This document shows, in pieces, positions 48,126 to 63,369 of a stretch of DNA of 64,000 nucleotides. The stretch is taken from contig JBJCIZ010000282.1 of the NCBI GenBank assembly GCA_051294375.1, forward strand, positions 178,161 to 242,160, in the 5' to 3' direction. Each line of letters begins with the position of its first letter. Position 1 is the first letter of the stretch. The DNA comes from Paraspadella gotoi (lineage: Eukaryota; Animalia; Chaetognatha). Under the pieces are notes generated by a model, which searched no databases, had not been told where the DNA came from, and saw only the letters and a program-made list of their open reading frames with translations. Both the position numbers and the translations under genes were made by a program.

Positions 48126-51100
48126 NNNNNNNNNNNNNNNNNNNNNNNNNCTTCATGAAAATCCTAAAACTATAAAGAATAATTATTATACGCGATTCAA
48201 TATCTAACGTGTCATAAATCTTATACAATATAATCTCAAGTTTGATGAATCTATGTCCCGATATCTACCTGTATAATATGTATAATTGTCGTCATTATCT
48301 GATAGCTCTATGCATATGATATTATAATTAAAATTCATCCAATTTGATTTTTGTGATATGTGTATAGGTGTTCCCTCTATATTTTTGAATATCTGTGAAT
48401 GTTGTAAAAATCCAATCTAATGATGCTCCTGTATATGTATATTAGTATGATGTGTTTAGAGAAGTCACTATTGTATTGCGATGATATGCAGCAGTTGTGA
48501 TGTCGAGGATAAGCTTTTTTATCTGTTATGTATACGCTATGTGTATGTCTTTATCTATTTTGCGTGTCTTTCTCAGTTAATATGTGTTTGTGTTACATTG
48601 TTGCATTTTCTCATGTGTATTTTTTTTTTCTTTTTTTTGTTTTTTGATTTTTTGTATTGTTTCTGTATGTTGTTAGGCTTGTATGTTATATATGTGTGTA
48701 TTGTATGTGTGTGTGTGTGTTAGTAGTTCGCCCTCTGTTCACACCTGGTCTTCTTTTTTGTCCTATCTGTTATTTATATGTCTTTTTGTTTTTTTCTTAT
48801 ATGTGTTTTTCTTCTGTCTTAAACTTTTGTTAAGTATTGTTATTGGGATTTGTGCTGTGTATGTGGGATGTATAATACTAATATTTTTGTTTTTCTGTGT
48901 GTGCGGAAGAAATGGGCGATTAAAGTAAAAGGGAGCAAGGGAAAACAAATAAGCCCAGCAATTGTGGTGTGCCAAAAATGACACGGCTGCACGCAAGAGG
49001 CAGCGCGACAGCACTAGAGAGACTTAGAAAGAGAGGAAAGACCAGAAAGCAGAATAGGAGACGGAGAGAGATGAAGAACGCGATGTGAGACGGAGAGGAG
49101 AGAGACGAGGCCTGAACTCGGTGTGTTAACAAGTTTACGCGGGCTAAGTGCACAGATAAGAGTGACGAAAAAGACAATGACCAAAACATGACCAAAAGAT
49201 GCAGTAACCGATGGATAAAAGACATGATGATGCAAGTGAGCTGTGAGTAAAAAACCAAATGTGACGTAAATTGATCCGGATATAATCGATGGTAATGACG
49301 TGAAAGTGGAAAAAGACCAACCATGACTAAAATGACGCAAAATGGACAGAATAACGGGAACGTAAGTGTGTAGAATCAGAAGGAAATGGTAAGGGTTGTA
49401 AGTGTGTGGTATGTGGAGGTGGGTCGTTAATGCACAGTACAAATGACGCACTGGCATAAATGGGTGTCGGCCGAAGAAATGAAAAGAAAAGGCAAAAAGG
49501 ATGACAATGTGGGGAACAATGTAACATGGGTGACAAGTGTGGTGCCAACTGCAGACGGTGTGCTTAACCAGGTATTGGAGGCTGGTAGTGAACAAAGGAA
49601 GAGAGATGTAGCTGTTGTCATGTTAAAAACGGCGCTTGGGCTGTACGGTGCACCAGGCTGATGGATAGGAGGTCAACAGAGTGTGTGAGTGAATGTGTGT
49701 ATGCGGCAAGAGTGAGGGACGTGCAAAGAGGTAAAAGTAGAGTAAAAGAGTGTCGTATGACGACTGAATGGTGGGATGAGCTGATGTAACTGCGCAGCGG
49801 TACGAGAAAGCTCAGTGTGTGCAGTAATGGATGAGGGAAAGTGGAAACAAAAACAATACCTGGGAAGTCCAATATGGGAAGTAGTGAAGCTGGTAAAGCT
49901 GAGGTGCCACAAAGAAAAGCCATGATGCGTAAATGGTGGAACGTCCTACGATGGAGCACACCACGTGGTGAGTAAAATGGGTAGTCGCGTAAGCAGAGGT
50001 GATGTGTAGTGTAAAAAAAAACGAAGGCCCAGCCATCGTTCGTCTCTTCTGAGCCAAAACTATAAAAGCGTAGTAGTTTTTATATAAAAAAAAGCATTAC
50101 GCCGACGCCGACTATGACGACTACGTCACAAATAAGCGTCCCCTTCGCATTATAAAATAAAAGGGTGAAATTTTGATAGGTTTCCCAAGATTTCTCAACA
50201 ACGCAAAGTCCGGTTAAAGTGAACCTTGAGAAATACAATATTCACATCATTCATCATCTAATGATATAAGAATGTATGAAAAAAACCGCCGACTTCTTTC
50301 GGAATAATTTTTTTCTAGATCAATACTACTTTTAAGATTTTTTATTTGAATTTTTTCCAGGGGCGTTTATTTTGTTTGGTAGTCAGATTTGAACAAAAAT
50401 CTTTATTGAAAAAATCTTCCCTGATTTCTAAGAACGACGTCGGCTCCTATGTAACCGTCAGCCCATTAGAATTTAAGTTTCTGCGGGTTTTTGATAATGT
50501 GAATAATAAAAAATAATAGTTATCCAAAACTCACATTGTGGGAGGAACCCTGCATGGGAGGAATAATGTGTGGGAGGAATCCTGTGTGGCAGGAATCCCG
50601 TGTGGGAGGAATCCCGTGTGGGAGAAATCCCTTGGATGAATCCCGCGTGGGTGGAATTCCATGGGGAGAAATCCTATGGGAAGAAATTTCGTGTGGGAGG
50701 AATCCCATGTGGGAGGAATTCCTTGTGGGAGCAATTCCATTGGGAGTAATCCCTCGGGGAGGAATCCCGTTAGGGAGGAATATCATGTGGGAGAAATCCC
50801 ACGTGAGAGGAATCCCGTGTGGAAGGAATCCCACTGGAACCGGCGGAAAGGAATGTGAAAACCGGGAATCTTTTATCATCTTATTTCAATATCAGTTTAT
50901 TTCTTATTTACCTTGACTGATGCTTGAAACACTTTCCTTATTCCNNNNNNNNNNNNNNNNNNNNNNNNNGAGACAGGGCCTGGAACTCTTTTTTTCTTAA
51001 AAAACAATTAACCCCACTTAATGACATAAAGCTAACAAGCAAGTTAGCTGTGAAAAACGTTTGTGTGTAGTTTACTTTTGGACTAGACCACTCCCCTCAG

Positions 51101-54100
51101 TATAGAGTACTTAGGTCCAAAAACTGTTACTCAGCCAGGGCCTAAGATCGCTATACAGTCGCCGCCCCAATACACTGAGCCTCGGAATAATATAATCCCT
51201 TAGCATCGCACCTATTCGAAAGCGACCCACAATGATCTACGTACGCCTTTACCTTTAGATCTGCCAATGTGGCTTTTATCTTCTTGAAAATGTGCTCGTA
51301 GAACTCGGCTAAATGGACAATCCCATGTAAAGCTGGTCGTCGGGAGCCTGTCTATCCCTCCTTACCACTCACCACGCGCGCAATGTAATCGTATGTATAC
51401 AAGAACAAAACACAAAATCTTTTTATTCGACTGGAATATCAGGTTGCTAGCTCTTTCCGTGGGCTATCCACACCGGGTACTTCTGACAAACGTATCTGGG
51501 CAGCGAGCATTGCCTGCTTGGGTAGCAGCAAGTAAGCATTTGTGCTGATGTATGCAAGGGGCGATCGTTATATTTAGGTCCGTATAGTCGGGTCGTACGT
51601 TTGCGAACTGTTATTACTGAGGAATCCGTCCAATGACCGCCCCCTCTTTGCCGGTGACGATTCAAACACATTACGGGGCTAAGCATAGAGCGAAATTGAC
51701 CCATATTATATGCGACCTCCCTCTCACATATGTACCACTGATCCCCCAAACACCATGACTATGGTAAATGCTGTATGAATCAGGTGGTCTTAGTAGCTAG
51801 TTATCCCTCAAAAATGTAGGGTACTTTTGCTGCCAAACTAATAACAGTTCAGACATGGTATCGTCCTGCTTTCCACGAATTGTTATAACATACCAGTAAA
51901 GAGGGATCTGAAGCATCTGCCCCAATGCAACAATCGGGAAAATAAGAGGCCAAAGCTTAATATTTTCCAACCTTTCATTAGTCCTCCATATAAAATTATT
52001 CTGCCAGAGGGATCTTTGACGTATTGCATGGGGTTTTTTTAGCTCTCTTTTTATCTACCTAAGCCAATCCGGGAGCGCATTTCAATCATAGTGGAGGTCC
52101 CGCCAATAATATTGCATACCGCATCAAACTACTATGATTTTTTATTGTTACGCTTGCAAAAGTTCAGACAAGCTGAATTCAGAAAGAACGACGACGGAGC
52201 AACTCGCACAAAATAAAGTAATTAACTACAATACCTATATGTTTTACTAATTTTAAATGACCAATTTTCCAAATCATAGTGCGTTTACCAACTGCTCTAG
52301 TTTTCTTATATGTATTGAATTTAACCAAGAACGATGTACTACGCCTCACATGTCGAAGACGACATAGGTGCTGGAACTAAGCTCAACACTCCTAAATTAC
52401 AGATCTCATAGAGAAGAGGGATAAATATTGTTCCAGATATATAATCTATGACTCTTGTATAGCAATCAGCGATACAAATAGATGAAAACTCTACAATAGT
52501 AGATATAGTAAGTATTCGTGGTCAATCGTTAGGTGCATGTGCTAGCATACACCTCATTGCCATAGTACTATATATCGATGAGTGATGAATTGTACATATG
52601 ATAACAAAAATACTACCAGGCTGAATGTGTGAAGTATATACTCAACCAACGTAGTGCAAGTAGATGGTAAATGCGCAGATATCCTCCAAACTAATCACTT
52701 CTTACGTAACAGCATTCACATCTCTGACTAAAATGGAGTAATTGCAACGAGTGCATGAAATGATACGTAATCGTGGCATATACGTAATGGTAAAAAATCG
52801 AAAGCTGACTTTAAGTTCCGCCTACCTCAAAAACTCTATGACTAGAGACCCTATACACAATAGAAAAGCATATACAAGACACAGCAGAAAGCGGACGGAC
52901 TGCGTATGGATCCCAGTATTCGACTCTTGTTGTAAGCGACCATCATGCGACCTGGGAAATAAGAAGTAGAACATGATGATCACGTATTACGTGTTCTGCT
53001 CCCAGATGTAGTGATACCGAGCACATAGTTACAAAGTGTAACAGCAGTTCGCCAGTCAATCACAATATTCCATCTAGGCACAGATATGAGTATAAGTTAT
53101 AGTCGAATATCTGCAACTATGTATATACAGTTAAACTTGTACTTTGTAATCCACAGTGGCGTCCCATGCTATCACCGCATGCTCTTCCATTATCCGCGTG
53201 ATCTATCAACCTCGAATATCCATGACTCTCACTCTGATATGGCGCTTAGTGAAGGCAAATGTCTCTTGCGCTCTCCAGACCGGCTAACCTGATCGATGCG
53301 GGCAGAGGCGGAAGCTGGCTTTTCACTCCAGCAAAAATTGCCTAATGCTATACTCCTGCAAGACCGACTCGCCCGTCGCGTGTGAAGAGAACGTTAGTCC
53401 GCCGTCCCTCAGTGAACGGAGCTGGCCTCCTGATATCAGGAGTATGCTCAAGCTCTCATGTGTGTTCTTTCGGAACTCCTGCACTATATGGATGAAGCAT
53501 GCAATAAGCTAAAATAATAGATCTCCTAAACTCATCCCACAAACCGCCTGCGGATGAATTTTAAAAGGCGTGGAAATACAGAAGATACAAGCGACACCTT
53601 ACGTAACCACACGATGATGGACATCTTCCAATGCCAGGTCAGCTGAAGATCCTCACTGATCTCGAATAATGTGACCTCCTGTGCATGCAGCCATGTCTTC
53701 TGTTGCGGCGCGTCCGGATTTCTCATCTGCGAGGAGAGAGTAATACGTGAAAAAGAGGTAGGAGATCGGTGAGGTGGAGAGGTAGCCGTCTTTCTTGACG
53801 CATGGCCATCGCGGCTATGGCCTCACTTTGAGCTCTCCTTCACTTCGCCGGATGAATATTCCTTTCTTAATGTTCTGGCGAACGCAATCCAGGGAGTAAT
53901 CCTCTGAGGATTAAGTCGAATCCTCAGTAATACATGAGAAAAGAGCTACTTATCCACTGCATACTGTGTCATTAGATTACACTCTCAAACTGTATCGAGC
54001 ATGTAGTCTAATTACTAATCACTTGGGATGCACTATGATATAGGATGATTAACCCAATATCCTGCTATACAGGCTCTAAAGAGAATTCAAAACCTCTATC

Positions 54101-54440
54101 TGTGTGGTTAACTATTGCAAAATGCTATCTATTCCATCTATTTATTTATACTATTATACTCTGCTCAGTGTTTGTCTCTTCATTCATCTTATCTCTTCTC
54201 GGTCCTCTCTCCTCTCTGCTCTGGCTCAACATATGATTCACATTCATCTTCCTTATCTACTAAAGGCTCTCAGCCTCTGTCAATACAATAAGATATCCTC
54301 ACACATCTAATCCTTGATAACCTCACATTCTGTACTCTATTCGATAACCTCACGCTCCTACTGCGACCACTTGTGATAGTGAATAACTGTCTAACACCTC
54401 TCCTCATCATCTCTCTAGTCTCTATCAACTAACTATCTCC
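48126..54440. other. Low-quality region following N gaps (48126-48150, 50945-50969)
   Basis: 48150-49530 is a heavily garbled version of ~46750-47720. Much of 51000-54400 looks like noise with faint echoes of local repeats. Confidence 0.7.
50537..50835 (+). repeat. 16-bp minisatellite (TGTGGGAGGAATCCCG)n, about 18 units
   Basis: Directly visible. It explains ORFs 50520-50916. Confidence 0.9.
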
Positions 54441-57400
54441 TGATACCGCCAACAAAAAAATTTATTATTATAAATGGTCAAAATATTGCTGATTATGACA
54501 CAATGCATGAAATTTACGGAAATCCAACCACTCTTTGGAATGATTTTCGCCATATAAGATTTTTTCCGAATCTGACTCCCACGGTTGATATAACTTCTGA
54601 ATTACGATCTGTTAAGCTCCTCTTTTACTTTAAATAACAACTTCACCAAAAACTTGACTAATTACTTTTACCATGATCGTATCTATAAATTAAAAAGAAC
54701 CAAATGTAAATAAAGGATAAATTTAGAGCCCATTTCAGACATCATTGCTGTCGGTATTCCTGAATTCGAAGTTATGGTTTAAAATTGACAAACTATAATC
54801 CTTAAATGCATTGACATTGAGTATTGAAGTGAGAAAATTCCCTTTATTTTTATATTATAAAATTGCCGCAAAAATTATCCCAGAGACCACAATCCCATCT
54901 CCCCTATATTAGCATTTCAATCTAGCATAATAATAAAAGATCTGTTTTTAATCTTGCTTATCAAAATGAATGATCTTTTGTTCTCTCCATGAAGTGAGCA
55001 ACTAAAAAAATGCCGAGCACCTGTTTAACACAGAATATGAATAAAATAGATTACCGGAAATCGATGTGTTTTTAACATCTGGTTATATTGTAAAATCCTA
55101 AATCTGGCATCTTTCCCAGGGCACTACCTTAGAATTCTATTTATCGATAAAGTACCTAGTATATATATTATAACGAAAATGCCCCATGTATAATACAAGT
55201 CTTCCTCAATTTCTTAAGAACGACGTGGCACTCCTATTATTCCTCTTTTGTTATTCTTCAGACGCTTCGTCCAATCACTTTTCTTGATTTTTCTCAAAAA
55301 TTATTAAAGATTTTTTTTTTGACAGAAAGTTTAAAACAGGATAAGAACGGTATGAGTGATTTTTATGACAACTTCTCTTTGTTGTTTCTTAGTATCCATA
55401 GCGTCGGCGATCGCTTTCAATATGCTTTCTTTCATGAAAGATATTTTGTTACCTCGCGTCATTCTTTTTTAGTCATTTAAGTTGACCTTACCTGACCTTA
55501 TATTTTCACCGTTCTAGTCGCTTTCTAGTGGCTTTCTTTTGGCCAAAAACCTTGTCACTTGTTATTCGATCAGAATAACTTTTAAAGAAAAGATCGGCCA
55601 TCTGGAACCGTAGTTTTTAGAGATCCAAGGATTTATTACTGACATTTTTTCGACTTTTAATTGATTTGCCATCTCTACAAAAATTCTTAATATATTCTAC
55701 ATTTTTCGTCGTTTTCTTTACTCTTTGAGATTTAGTAAGTGTAGCATTAGGTGGCTAAGTGATAGTGATAGAGATAGCTCCTAGCTCCTTGTAGTTTTTT
55801 GTAATGTTTAGAGAAGAATTAAACACAAACACATTTTCTTAATTACAAAATTGTTTATTTTTATATTACAATTTCATATGATAATCCTCTCTTTGGATTT
55901 TTTATTTAGAGAGCTCTTGTTTCTTAGGTTGCTTCTCTCTTTTTATATTCTTATATTTTCAGGGGTCCCGCGTATCGCCCTCAACTCCTAATTGGCGGAA
56001 GTCGCGTCACAAGACGTTTTTCTTAAATTCCTTTACTATTTCTTTATTATTTATCCTTTTTATTATCAATAAACGTTTAGAACTTCAAAGAGAGAGAGAG
56101 ATAGACTGAGCAAGAGCGAGAGAGAGATGAAAGGGGAAGAAATTGATGTAAGAAAAAGGGGGAATGGGGAGAAGAAAGAGAAGAATACTTTACTTTCTCA
56201 CACCCACCCCGAGACAAGGGAAGAGGTCACACCTCTTTATCCCTTCTTCTACCCTCTTTGCTTCAGCTTACGTTACCTCAGAGAAGTTTACGACCTTTTC
56301 TTTTTTTGTCTAGTGTACCTTAATCCTAATTTCTTTCCTTTTTTGACGACATGCTTTTCCCCAATTAAGTTTTTGTCAATTTCCATTTACAAAATCAGAA
56401 GAAAAACCAATATTCTTAATGGATCAGCAAACCATAAGTACAATAATAAGGAATTGTATACTATCAGAATCGATTTGACATAATTTCTTTTTCTTTTAGT
56501 CGTTTGTTCTTTGTCTTTTGTTTATCATTCATGGTGAAAGTTTACGCCAAAAACTAATTTTAGCGACAACAACATAATTTTGAAGCAATGATCAATTTTG
56601 TCAATGAAAGACAATGAATATATCAAAGACATTAATTGATAGTCGTGATTAATAACAATGACATTCATAATACTATTTTATTTTACCATAAATGAATTAC
56701 ATGATTTTCAACGTCGCATTAGCATAGGACTAAGCTCTGACGAACTAAGCCCGAGGTTTTTTTAATATATTCTTATACCGGCCAAGGTAGAATGATGGCA
56801 ATATTGTTAATATTAAGTTTCAAAAAAATCTAACCATAAATATAGAAAATATTAACCAAAATCTTCAGATAATTCACCCCTTCTTTGGAAGATTTTTGCC
56901 ATAGAAGATTTTTCCTGTTCAACAAATTAGGTCCAATTTTGGAATCCTTTGGCAAAGTGTCTGAAGGGGGTTACCTATTTTCTGTTCTCTTCTCCTCTCT
57001 CTCTTAGGCATCTTGGACGTTTAAGACCATAAAATTGAAAAGTTAAGGAAAGTGCGTCAGGGGATTCTTGTTTTCGTGTTGTCGCATGACGTACACAAAA
57101 ATGCTGGACTTTGAGAGAGGCTTTGCCGACGACCTCGATCTCGGACAACATGTAAGGAGCTGATTGGCGGGACGGTCCGCGTCTCCGACACGACCGTCGC
57201 CCAATCGGCGAACTTCGGGCGATCTCGACCCCCTCCCCACATGAGCAAAGATATAAAAAAAGCAACAACTCTGAAGCATCAGAGAGAACTCTTATAATAA
57301 TTATTTTTAGTCTCCATTTATTTTTTGCCTTCATTATATTTGTAAGTGTTCTTCACACACTTGTTTTAAGAAATTATAAAAACATTTTCTTGCCCATCCA

Positions 57401-59460
57401 TGTTTGTTAACCAAAACCCAATAAGTGTTCTTCAACACTTGCTATAAAGGAAATAAAACTAATTTTCTTGCCATCCTAACTTCTTTGACCAAAACCTTCT
57501 TAATTATTTATTCACAATTTAAACGAATAAGAAAAGATAGGACGAGCAAGAGAGAAAGAATTCGATTAGCGAGCCATGGAGTTCTAAGCTAACCAAAAGA
57601 CACCCGTTAAAGCACTTTTAGGCGACCAGTTGTCCTCTTGCTGCAATGATGCTACAAGGCTTGAGGTTCCAATGAAACTGTCCTCCTTGACTGCCGAGTA
57701 GCTATTTTTTTTATATTTTGGCATTTCTAAAAACTTATTTCTATCAGTATTCTATATTTATTAAACTACACTAACAACTAACCTTTTTAAATATTGAACG
57801 AACAAAATCAAAAATATTTTGTTGTTCTAAGAACACACATAAATAGTGACAACAGCAATCCTTGACCGCGATTTTGTCCAGATTAAATCGTAATTCTTTT
57901 GTCCTGAGGCGTGATAACAATCTTTTTTTTCCTCTTTCCGACGCTAAGATATACATGTCCTAAATCTCCTTATTACACCCCTTGACCATCCCGTTCCGCG
58001 ATGATTAAAAAAGTTCCTCAGTTCTCACGAATTATGTTTTCGTTCCAAAAAAAATAATAAATGAAAAATTCTGTTATTATAATAAGAATTACTATTTTGC
58101 AACTTTTTAGAATGCTAGTTATCATGGAATTATTAATTAAAATAAATCATTACGCTCCAGGCCTCATTATGCACGTTCCTCATCACGAGGGATTTTCACC
58201 AAAGAAGTCAAAGAAAGTCCGTCGTCATGCACTAATGCTCACTTCCTGTCCTGTTTCTGTCCGCCCACCCCTTGTTGGGGTAAGTGGAGATACCATTGAG
58301 AAGTGCGGCGCCCCGATCCACTTTTCTGCCCTTTGCCCGTGCGTCGCCCGCCCCCACCCTTCACGGGGGAGCCCCTTCCGAGCGACTACCAATTACTGAG
58401 GTTTCATCCTGCTCGAGTTCGAACCCCTACGAGCCGCCTTGTCGCTGATTAACTTTTCTGTGACAAATGCCCCGAATGAAGCTGCTATGGCTTGACGCCA
58501 AATCTCAGTTCATCGAGGAGCGCTGCTCATTTGAGCCACCACTTTTACAAGTTAGATCTTGCATCCCGGCCCTGTCTCCCTTGCCTACATTTAAAACGAT
58601 GTTTAATACAGAGCAAAGCCCTTCATAAAACCTTTTATCTGTGACATTTCTAAGAGACTGTTTTAAAAGTATCTTCCCCCTTTAAACAGACAAGAGTTCT
58701 GTGCGGCGTTGTGCGTGAATATGAGGCAGATCTTGGGAATGTTGGGATCTATTCTTTTCTTAGATGCAAAGTTACAATAATGTCACAAGAAATGTTCTTT
58801 TTTCATATTATCACCAAAAAAGGAAATATGTATTTTGGGATTATAAGGCGTATGGCTTATTTAACATGTTTTGGACACCTAAAAAACAAACCGTTAGAAT
58901 TTAATTGGTAAATTGTCATTAAAATATAATTGAGAAAAGAGGAGATCGCCATAAAAAGTACATTCTTTATGACAACCAATAAAGATTATTTAACTTAAGA
59001 CTAAGTGAAATGATCCTTATCCCTCCTCATCAGCATGTTGTAATGACGTTTGTTGATATTCAAAGCGAGTTTTGAATTTGGAGACATGGAGTTGTCACCC
59101 GTGATATGTGTTCCGACCCCCAAGGAAAGGCTTCCCGGCGGGTACCTAAATTAAAAAATTGGTTCGACGTCAAATGGAACTTGGTTTACAGCATTGTAGT
59201 TTCAATGGGAAATAAAGGGAAGTAGCCGTGTCCGGTCTATTAAACAGAGAACCCCCCTTCCAAGCCCGTCATTGACATTGAAACAAGGGAGCAACGAATC
59301 GCCTGATGGAACATCCGGCCAGTTGGGATTTCTCAACCTATCGCACCTGATTGATAAAAAAACGCGAGGAGAAAAAGGTAGAGGCGGATGCTTAAACAAA
59401 GTATCGACTATCAGTTTACGAGGCAACCTGGGACTATAGGAAAATAACGTCCCTATGTGC

Positions 59461-60090
59461 AGCACAAAATAACCTTTTCCAAGAGGGGTGACCGCCGTGG
59501 TCGAGCCACCTTGCCAAATTTCCTCTTGAGAAGCAACGTGTGCTCTGCCTGCCAGAAGAGCAAGTTTGAAAAGTTTCTTGAAAAGCCTACATCAAAGAAA
59601 GTTACTTCTCCATAGCCACACGTGTCCTGTGAGAAAAAAAAGGATGATAATAACCTCCACAAAAATGCCCAATTTGCGATTGTACACCAAAGAAACACTC
59701 ACATACCAAATGCGTTGATGTCTCCAAGAATGTCGGACATTCATGTTTGCACTACTGATGCGATCTCTGGACATCACTGGTTCCCTCCCCTTATATTGAT
59801 TTGACTTAAAAATTGAGATTATTTGGATGGTTGAATATCGACCCTGCTTGCATCGCTGAGAAGACGTCATTCGAACATTCCAATGCAGGTCAGTATCAAT
59901 GCAAAATCCTCGTCTTTGCCTCTCGTCAATTGCATAGAAGCGGGTCATGTCAGCGTTTTCTAACTGTTTTACAATGGTCAAAGTCACAAGCGGTCAAACA
60001 GGACTTTTAACAATCGCTTTGCGACCGTCAAGAGTCTGCGGTCTTAGGCCGGGCCCCGCCACACTTTGGCTTCAAAAATTTTGTCCTGTA
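59461..60090 (+). pseudogene. Degenerate Ty3/Gypsy reverse transcriptase fragment
   Basis: Reverse complement of 63370-64000. Garbled DAISGHHW and FEHSNAGQY segments resemble the D..SG..Q and PFG..NA RT motifs. Confidence 0.6.
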
Positions 60091-63000
60091 AGACGGATTT
60101 GGAGGCGTGGGTTTTAAACGGCTATCTATTTTCTTATTTTGCTATCTTTATTAGGACTAAGCCTCTGACTGAAACTAACGCCCGCAGGTTTTTTTTAATT
60201 ATATCTCTTTTATACCGGCCAACGTGCTAGAATGATGGCAATATTGTTAACTTATTAAGTTTCAAAAAAAATCCAACCATAAATATAGAAAATATTAACC
60301 AAAATCTTCGGGAAAATTCACCCCTTCTTATGGAAGATTTTTGCCTATAGAAGAATTTTTTCCCCGAATCTGACTCACCGGTTTGAAAAACTCTTTAGAA
60401 TTCCGATCGTTAGCTCCTCTTTTTTACTCGATCCATCGCATAAAAACGGGCGGTCGCGTGGGTAAATCTCTTTTCGCAATCGAATCGAGTAAACAAAAAG
60501 ATTTACGGAAAAATCTTCTTTCACCGTTTCTTTTAAATTTCAGATTTTTTTTTTTCAGGGGATTTCTTTCTTTTCCTTGTAATTTTTTTTTTTAAAAAAG
60601 AAATTAATTACTAATTACTAAGGCCTTTTATAAATTAAATCTATACCAAATATCGCAAGAATGGTTTATTTCCTTTTTAAACCTTTCATTCCAAAATTCA
60701 ATTCCCATTGCTTGGTAAAGAGAAAGAAAAAGGAAAATAAGAGTGGAGGAACATGAAGCGAGAAGTAGGGGTGGAAAATCAGATGAGGTGAGAGAGATCG
60801 AGAGGAACGAGAGAAAAGAAAAGAAGAGAGAGGTCGCGTGTTGATGCCTGCCACAAGTAGTTAGCAATCTTTGCAGGCTATATTTGGCGCCGATTGGTCA
60901 AAACCAGATCATCAGAATATCGGAGAATCTCAACAACTCACTTCTCATGGGTAAAAAAAGACAGATAATAAACTCAAAAAAGCGCAAAAAGTGTAAAGAT
61001 CAGTTAAATAATTTCTGTCATAGAATTCTTTTCTCTTAAGGGAAGACTGCTTCTCATTTCGTGCGCGCCATACCGTGAGACATATCATGAATTTCAGTAA
61101 CGAGTTGAAAGGTCTTTTCAATCAAACTCTTGAATTCGCCGTATGCGAACAAAAAATTTGTCTCAGGAGGAAAATTTATATAAAACGAAAAGCAAACTAA
61201 CTTAATTCGCGGAATCCAACTCGGGCGGTAAACGGATAATTTAAAACTATTCTTTTTCGGGTTTTACCCCGTTTTATGCCGTGATGTTTACTTAAATAAA
61301 TATTTCACCAAAAATGGTTAACTAATCTCACTTACCATGATCGTATCATATCAAAACTAACCTAATAAAATGTAAAGAAAAATTTTGAGAGCNNNNNNNN
61401 NNNNNNNNNNNNNNNNNCCGCTTCTATGCAATGACGAGAGGCAAAGACGAGGATCCATTGATACTGACCTGCATTGGGAATTTCGAATGACGTCTTCTCG
61501 CGATCAGNNNNNNNNNNNNNNNNNNNNNNNNNGTTTTTGTCTTTCTGTTTATCATTCCATGGATGCAAAGTTTACGCCAAAAACTAATGCTTAGCGCACA
61601 ACAACCGAATAATTTTGAAGCAGCAATTGATCAATTTTTGTCAATGAAGAACAATTGAATATTATCAAATACCTTAAGTTGCATAGTCGTTGATTAATAA
61701 CATATTCGGGACATCGATAATACTGATTTTATCGTTTACGCATAACACATTGAACTTTACTATGAAGTTTTTCAACGTCGATATAGCATAGGAATAGAGG
61801 CTCTGACGATAACTAAACCCGTAGCGTTTTTTTTAAATATATTCTTAGTAGCCGGCCAATGGGTAGAATGATGCAATACTGTGTTTAATATTTAAGTTTT
61901 CAAAAAAATCAACCATAAATTATAGAATATAGAAAATATTAACCAAAATCTCTGCGATAATTCAACCCCTTCTTTGGAAGATTTTGCGGCATAGAAGATT
62001 TTTCCACTGGTTCAACAATTAGGGTCCAATTTTGGCCATCCTTTGTGCAAAAGGGTCTCGAAGGGGCTCTCAAAATTTTTCTTGTTAATTTTATTAGGTT
62101 TAGTTTTGAGTATGATACCGATCAATGGTAAGTGAGAATTAGTTACCATTTTGCCGTGAAATTTTTATTTAAAAGTAAACATCCACGCATAAAACGGGTG
62201 TTAAACCGAAAAATTAATAGTTTTATGTTCCGTTTACCGCCCGAGTTGGATTCGCGCGAATTAAGTTAGTTATCTTTCTTCTGTTTTATATAAATTTGTC
62301 CTTCTGAGACAAATTTTTTGTTCGCATACGGCTGAATTCCCAAGAGGTTGATTGAAAAGAATCCTCTTCAACTCGTTACCTGAGAATTTCCATGCATATG
62401 TCTCACGGTATGGCCCGCACGAAAATGACGAATGCAGGTCTTCTTAGAGAAAGAATTCTTGACAGGAAAATTTAACTGATCTTTACTTTTGCCTTTTTGA
62501 GTTTATTATCTGTCTTCTTTTACCATAAAGAGTTTTGCAGTTCTCCGATATTCTGATGACTCTGGTTTTGACAATCGGCGCCAAGCATATACTGCAAAGA
62601 TTGCTAACTACTTGTCTGGCAGCATCAAACACGCGACTCTCTCTTCTTTTCTTTTCGTCTCTTCTCGTCGATCTCTCTCCTCATCTGATTTCACCCTACT
62701 CATCTGCTTCGATGTTCCTTCCTCTTATTTTCCTTTTTCTTTCTTACCATTAGCAATGATTATTGAATGTTGAATGATAAGGTTTTAAAGAAATAACCTA
62801 TTCTTGCGATATTTGTATTAGATGTTAGATTTATAATAAGGCTTAGTAATTAGTAATTAATTCTTTTTAAAAGAAAAAATTACAGGAAAAAAGAAAAAAG
62901 CAATATCCCCTGAAAAAAAAAATCTGAAATTTATAAAAAACGGCGTGAAAGAAAGATTTCGAAATCTTTTTGTTTACTCGATTGATTGCGAAAAAGACTT

Positions 63001-63369
63001 TACCCCGCGCCCGTTTTATGCGATGATGAGTTAAAAGAGGAGCTACACGATCGGAATTCTAATAGAGTTTTCAACCTGGTGAGTCAGATTCGGGGAAAAA
63101 TTCTTCTATTAGGCAAAAATCTTCCATAAGGAACGGGTTGAAGTTTTCCTCGAAGATTTTGGTTTAATATTTTTCCTATATTTTAATGGTTGGATTTTTT
63201 TTGAAACTTAATAAGTTAACAATATTGCCATCATTCTACCGTTGGCCGGTATAAAGAGACTATATTAAAAAAACGCTGCGGGCGTTAGTTTCGTCAGAGG
63301 CTTTAGTCCTAATAAAGATACCAAAATAAGAAAATAGATAGCCGGTTTAACCACGCCTCCAAATTCCGT

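Noticed and set aside
48481-54310. Numerous short ORFs
   Set aside because: They lie in garbled low-quality sequence, partly a noisy copy of upstream non-coding DNA.
56725-56756. CTGACGA motif (also near 60165, 61803, 63290) as another hammerhead
   Set aside because: There is no stem II between CTGACGA and GAAA, and the copies are in error-rich sequence.
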